DNA of 64,000 nucleotides from the human T2T-CHM13v2.0 reference genome, Homo sapiens, in the NCBI RefSeq assembly GCF_009914755.1, contig NC_060925.1; one strand, 5' to 3'. Both the position numbers and the translations under genes were made by a program. Under the pieces are notes generated by a model that did not search any database, was not told the DNA's origin, and was given only the letters and a program-made list of their open reading frames with translations. Every line of letters starts with the position of its first letter. Position 1 is the stretch's first letter. Positions 58,046 to 64,000 of the stretch are shown in pieces.

Positions 58046-58522
58046 CTTTCAACCTTTTCAAGTACACTGGAACATCACTTTTAATGCTTTTAGAATCCTC
58101 TTCTGTTCTTTCCCATAGCATTTGAGGAGGGTTGTTTTGTGCTAGCCAGTCAGCAACTTTGTTTTCGGGTGCCATCATTCCTGTTTGAATCCCCAGCAAG
58201 TCTTGAGTTCCAGGAGAAGACTTCTTGGACTTGTGGCGCTGATCAGAAGTAAACTTTGTCACATGGTCTCTAATAGTTACCTTCCCTGGGGTACTGTCAT
58301 CAAATTCAATGGTAAATGAAGCATGCCCTGCACCTGTTATATGGGAACTTGGCGTGTCTTTTGTTGGGATTTCATGAATAGTGCTTTCTGTTATTTGTGA
58401 TGGTTGCTGGAATTCTTTTGTAGGGATTTCAAAATAACTTGGTTCCCTACAGAAAGGAAAAAGTACTTCTTCATTTGCAGCTGCAGATTGTTCCTCAACT
58501 TGCTTGGCATCTATGCTGCACC
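58046..58522 (-). CDS. CEP170: CEP170 coding exon (~exon 8), 477 nt, phase 1-1
   Basis: Acceptor TTTTTCTCATTAG|GG, donor AAG|GTAAAG. Translates (G)[11 protein letters not shown]...VPVYLKRLK(G), which matches CEP170 as I recall it; in frame with the next exon. Confidence 0.96.
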
Positions 58523-60469
58523 CTAATGAGAAAAATAAGAGAAAATTCAAAATATTTGATTGCTTCTGGCACTTGAGGGAGTCTGGTAATGGCCATGTGT
58601 ACTACTCCGTGAGAACCAGAAGGCAGATCACAGTCTGGATGAAAACCAATGGCATTTATATCACAGAACAAATGTCACAGAGAAGAAAGAATCTTGATTA
58701 TAAACATGCGATTTGATTACCAATAGGGGATGGAAGATAAGCAGCAGCAATGGCAAATGAGAGCAAAGCAGTTAAGAAATGGATCTTGCATGGCTAGGTC
58801 CATATTTTTTCCAACCTGGATCTAGAATTCATCAAGGTCCAAAAGAATTAAAATAAAATGTAGATGGAGATGCATGTTCAATGTATATATAAAAAGTGAC
58901 AGAAAAACCATGAACTCCCTTCTCAAGTCGCCAAGATGAGATATCTGAAATATATATGAACACATGTAGTGCTCCAAAGGAGAATAGGTGCTCAAATGAG
59001 AATACAAACATGAAGTAAATATGTAAGTGATCTTCTGGAAGTAATGATTCCACTTACCATTCTTCACCATTACATTCGGAAACATTACTTTCAGAATGAC
59101 AAAGATATTGCTGAAGTGCGATCCTTGCAAGAAGATACAAACATTTTATAAAGACTAAAACATGTGGTTTGCAATCCAAGCAGCAGTGTGAACGAAATAA
59201 GGTTAAAATAGGAAATTCAGTTTCCAGACAATAACTCTGGAAGTTTACATTTCCATACAGCAGAATATGCAAAAGTGTCAAAATTCCTTGGAGGAAAGCT
59301 GAATTGTAAACCTCAGATTAACATGAGTTGGCAGAAGGAGCAAGCAACTCTGGAACACTATCACTATTCTTCTGTTGCCTCAGAATCTAATACAAAAGTA
59401 TAGAAACAGATGCATTTATGAATAAAATACATAAATAAAAATGACAACTAAAACGTTTTCGGTACGCAAATGCAAAATAAAAAAATTAAAGATGCTATTG
59501 TCCTGTTGTTGAAGAAGCAAAGCATGTCCATTATCAAAATGAAGAGCAAGTTGAAATGAGACATATTTCCCTAAAGCTCAAAAATAAATTCTGCTTTTAA
59601 ACAGATTAATAGAAAAATCACTTACAGACAATTTATTAGGAAAACAAGGCAATACAGGGAGACTAGGTTGTTTCCAAACATTTTCTAATTAAGTGAAGCG
59701 TTTGGTCTTTTGAAACATCTTTTCAAAAATTAAATTTTAGTGGGATCTGTCAGGTACTATAATTGGTTTCTTGACAGCAGTCTGAATATGAAATAATATA
59801 AAACCTGACTGCTTTTAGGTTACAGAAGAATGATATAGTAACATCTCTCTTTCATAATCAAATGTGTGGGATAGGGCACGGAAGACAACAAGCTCCATTT
59901 CCACAATAAATATAATAATAATAAATTGTCAAAAAAATCTAAACACAAGGCAAAGAGAACATATAATATGAAAGAATATATTGTAATTTTCACTGTGAAA
60001 AATTATCCCTTTTAAAATCTACTCAGCTTTCCTATCACTGAACATGAAAGAAAAGTATTGGAAAAACTCTACATTATCAGAGAAATAATCATACATTTAT
60101 ATGACATGACCTAAGTTTAAAAAAATGTTTGATTAAAGAGTTAATTTGTCTTTTTCTTAAAAATAAAATGTTCAGCTGGACTTGTGAGTGTTTACTCTGA
60201 AGTCATGTTAGTTAAAATTTCCATTAGAATAAAATGTATTAACTGCTTCTCATATATTAATAGTTCATTAATGTTATTTTTCTATTTTTTCAGACATTGA
60301 TTTTTTTTTACTATGCACAATGTACTGTACTTGATCAAGTCCATACAGTACAACTGGTTCATAAACCTGTCCTCTCTCCCTCCCCCCATATAGATATATA
60401 CATATAGTTTGTTTTTGCTTTGCTCATCCTTCAGGTGACAGAACAACGTCAAGATGGTAGTTTCTAATA

Positions 60470-60529
60470 CCACTACACAGAGAGCCAAATAAAACTGATC
60501 CACTATACAGAGAGCTAAATAAAACTGAT
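60470..60529 (+). repeat. Tandem duplication, 2 x 30 bp
   Basis: CCACTA(C/T)ACAGAGAGC(C/T)AAATAAAACTGAT twice. Confidence 0.93.
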
Positions 60530-60824
60530 GTGGCTCAGCTATGAAGCAACACAAAAAAGCTGGCCAGGGATATAGCACTTATCAAGGTCACCTGTTTTGA
60601 AGGTCACCATTCCCATGTTAGTACTACTTCAAACTCGCATTCACTCAAAGCTAGAAACTTGAGACTTATACAAGTTAATAACTAATTCATCTAGAAATCA
60701 AGTACCTAACCAGGTCAAGTAGCACAATAGAGTGGAAAGGCAGCAGACTATGATCTGATGATCATAACCAGGCAGCCTGGTTTCATGCAAAGCCCAGACA
60801 AGATCTGAAATCAGATAAATCTTA

Positions 60825-60975
60825 TCCCTAATCAGTCTGTAGTCCTCATTTTCCTCATCATAAAGTGAGAAAACAGTATCTTCCCATAAGATTGTTGTGA
60901 AGATTTAGTGAGATGAGTATTAAGTGAGATCATGTAAGTTACCCAGAACAAAGCAGGTACACAAATAAATGCTTC
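60825..60975 (+). mobile_element. MIR
   Basis: CCTCATTTTCCTCATCATAAAGTGAG...GATTGTTGTGAAGATTTAGTGAGAT. Confidence 0.65.
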
Positions 60976-61334
60976 TCCCTCCACCTTCAAAAACAGCTGA
61001 GAATCAGGAAGACAAAAAGCTAATACCAAAACCCAACTCTAAAAAACCCAAGACAGATATGACAATGCCTATCCTTGAATATTCATAAACATTACTAACA
61101 GTTAAGATCTTCACCGAGAGGTTTTTACTATTTACTCAGATCACATGTAGCAAACCTTGGGCAGGGTACAAAAGTGAGGATTAAGGACAGACAAATTGCA
61201 CCAAGTGGTAGAGACAAGATGAAAAACAAGAGCAGACAAATGGCCCCAAAAACATGATAGTCCAGTACCATTCAGTATATAGGGCAAACAGTCTTATATA
61301 CTACAGTCTCCTGAGGACATTACTGTAAGGCAGT

Positions 61335-61440
61335 ATCAGTATTATTATATTACTAATATATTTGATTATTGATTATATCAATATTGCTATTGCTATTGAT
61401 ATATATAATAGTAATACTGATATTGATGATTGATGATTTT
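61335..61440. repeat. AT-rich low-complexity tract (TAT/TTGA/TTGC units)
   Basis: Degenerate ATT/GAT short repeats. Confidence 0.6.
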
Positions 61441-63276
61441 GAGTCATAAGAAAAAGTTTTAAATTATACTGAAACTTCTCTGCTTAAGAAGGTGGTAATA
61501 TGGGTAATTAATTTAATAGAAACTTAGGAAATGGTTAAACTTCAAAAAAACTATCAACTGTAAAAGTAAAGTTCAATCATCTGGAAAATTCATTATGTGG
61601 AAGGATTCATTTCCCTAAAGATGATAAAAACAGATGAAGTGTGGTCCAACTACACTTGAGAAGTACCTAATAGAAAACTATAAGGGGTCTTCTAATCAAC
61701 ACAGAAAAATAAAACACCTTTCCTCCCTCAGAACACTAACAGAACATATTCTGGAATTTAGAAATTTAACATTCATCTATCTTCAAAACTCATTTTGTTA
61801 TACCAAATGAAACTAAATAATAGAGTAAATACTTGTTTAGACTAATATTATATTATTAATCTCAATTACTAGATTTTAAAAAATTATTTAATGATTGATT
61901 ATGCCATAATTAATTCCATATATCTCAATCAGAAAAGCAATTGGTGATAATCTGCTTATGTTCTTAAGGTATTTTATGACTGTGTTACCTTAACACAATA
62001 TGTTATAAGGGATACTTATACTTCATCCAGAATAAATGTTCTTTTCATTCTTCTGTACTAAATTCAATGAAATATTAAACTTATTTGAGATGACAAGGAC
62101 TATAATTATAACAGCTCATTCTGCTTAAGACATCCATCTAACCTAGTCTGTTCAAGCATGTCAAATTAAGAAGACTGGGAAGCTCCTTTTGCTTAAAAGG
62201 AGCTACGACTTGAAAATTTCCAAATTTAGTTTCGCTGGATTAAAAATCAACATGAGAGAGCCAAAAATCTACGATTCCCAGTTGCACATGCCATTTCAAA
62301 ATGTGTGCAACAGTTAAAGGCCTTTAATTATAACCTAAATTAATTGTTGAGACCAAGTTAGGAGGTAGAAAAGCATAGCTGTAAATAAATTGAGGACAAA
62401 CTTTACGTCTTAATACGATTAAAAATAGTCACACAATTTCTGGAGAACGAAATTGCTCTAAAGTAAGTATTTGCTTAAACCAGGGCTTTTTAAGCTATAT
62501 GGCAAGTCTTCGGGAGTTTCTGGATATATATGAACCCACAGAGAGGAACGTTAAAAATTACTAGGTAGCAAACACTCTATTATCCTTTCTGGAATGCAAC
62601 TCTAAAAATTAATAACGAAGAAGCAAATCACTTTTTGCTTTCACTAAGAGCATGCTACAGGATAAATTATTAAACTAATCACGTATATTCCACAATTTGA
62701 AACTTAAAAAAAAAGTTTAAGTTTTTAAAAATACCTTAATTTCAAAATGACCACATTAAAGAACACTTGATATACATTTCAAATCTGATTCTACAATTTC
62801 TGCTGGCTTCATAAATTATTACAAGACAGTAAACTATTTTCCTCATCCTATATTTTAAAAAGCTGCAAATGATAAATCTGAAACAGTAATATCCTCATAC
62901 TAACATAAGAAAGCAAGTGAGAGTCTCTTAAGGCTATTACTAATCAGCTGTATCTGACAGGGCACTTTAAGGAATTTGACACAAGACATAAATCACTGAA
63001 TTATTACTCAAAAAGAACCCCAAGATCATGAGACGGCTTTTGGTCATCTAGCAGAAAGAGTACACAAGCTGAAAATTCAGTTACATTCATATAGATGAAA
63101 GTATTGCTGGATGCTTCACATTTGAAATTTATTTTATTATGCTGAGCTAGGAGGGATCAATTTTTATGGCTATTTGATTTTGGAGTATTTGTTTAAATCT
63201 TTGTACCCTATGAAGTATATCCTTTTAGAGTGATTGTGTTTACAAGAGTAATGATGGCTGAAATATTAAAACTTCT

Positions 63277-63510
63277 TATGGTTAAGAGCGTGGACTCAGG
63301 AGTCAGGCAATCTAAGTTCAAATCCCAGCTCCATTATTTGTAGTTGGGTGACTTTGACAAGTAAATTAATTTCAGTATGCCTCAGTTTCTTTATCTACAA
63401 AATCACCGTAACTGTACCTTTAGGTATTGCTGTGATGATTAAATAAATGCATACAAAGCACTCAGAAGAATGTTGGATAAAGTAAACCCTACTGAAGTGT
63501 TAGCTATTAC
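63277..63510 (+). mobile_element. MIR, near full-length
   Basis: TGGTTAAGAGCGTGGACTCAGGAGTCAG...GCCTCAGTTTCTTTATCTACAAAAT...AAAGCACTCAGAA. Confidence 0.85.
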
Positions 63511-64000
63511 TGTAAATCATGGTTGTGCCTTCTGTACAAAAATTACATATACACTTCACTGTATGTTAGAAGTTACGCGCTTCAGATTTCAAAAGCTGTT
63601 TTGTGTGTGACAGGGGAGGGCTAAAATTTTAACGGCAAGATAAAAATTACTATCATACTGATTTTCAGAGTTTGGTGATAATTATATTCAGCTATGTTTT
63701 CTTAATCACCTAATTGGTAAATCTTTCCCCCTCTCAGTACTAGGTGGCTCTAGGGCACAGTGATAGTATATTATGCGGTACTTGAATAAGACATGTATAG
63801 TTTAGCTGTGGGGAGGAGGCACACACACAACATAATGAATGAAACTGTAACGTACTGACGATAAATATACAGACATCATTTAGAATGTATCTCTTTGTCA
63901 TTTAATGTATGTGTGTATTTATGTCTGTGGGAAAAGAGCAGGCAGGAATTAGCATAATTTATGGGGGATGCATTGGGAGAGACCACTCAAACAACTGGTA

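Overview
This is AT-rich, Alu-dense primate (human-like) genomic DNA lying entirely inside one minus-strand gene, CEP170 (centrosomal protein 170/KIAA0470, chr1q43 from memory). Ten coding exons are delimited by GT-AG sites and join into one open frame of 3688 nt, from (G)CSIDAKQ to AGKIR. They are probably exons 8-17 (numbering from memory), including a 1833-nt giant exon. The FHA-domain exons and the last exons lie outside the window. The introns hold about 24 Alus or Alu monomers, a 5'-truncated Tigger1, MER58A/B, Charlie4a, MER2, MER5, MADE1, an MST LTR, and L1/L2/MIR fragments. I see no prokaryote-type system, CRISPR array or RNA gene, and no evidence for a wholly new biological system. 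The best leads concern splicing. One is a 186-nt stop-free, in-frame 'intron' (exitron) that encodes a motif resembling others in the protein. The others are candidate in-frame microexons and poison exons, predicted from splice-site sequence only, in repeat-poor intron stretches around exons 8 and 12-14. There are also local rearrangement scars: a 219-bp tandem duplication and an apparent templated insertion copied from about 3 kb away. Repeat family calls are by eye and their boundaries are approximate.
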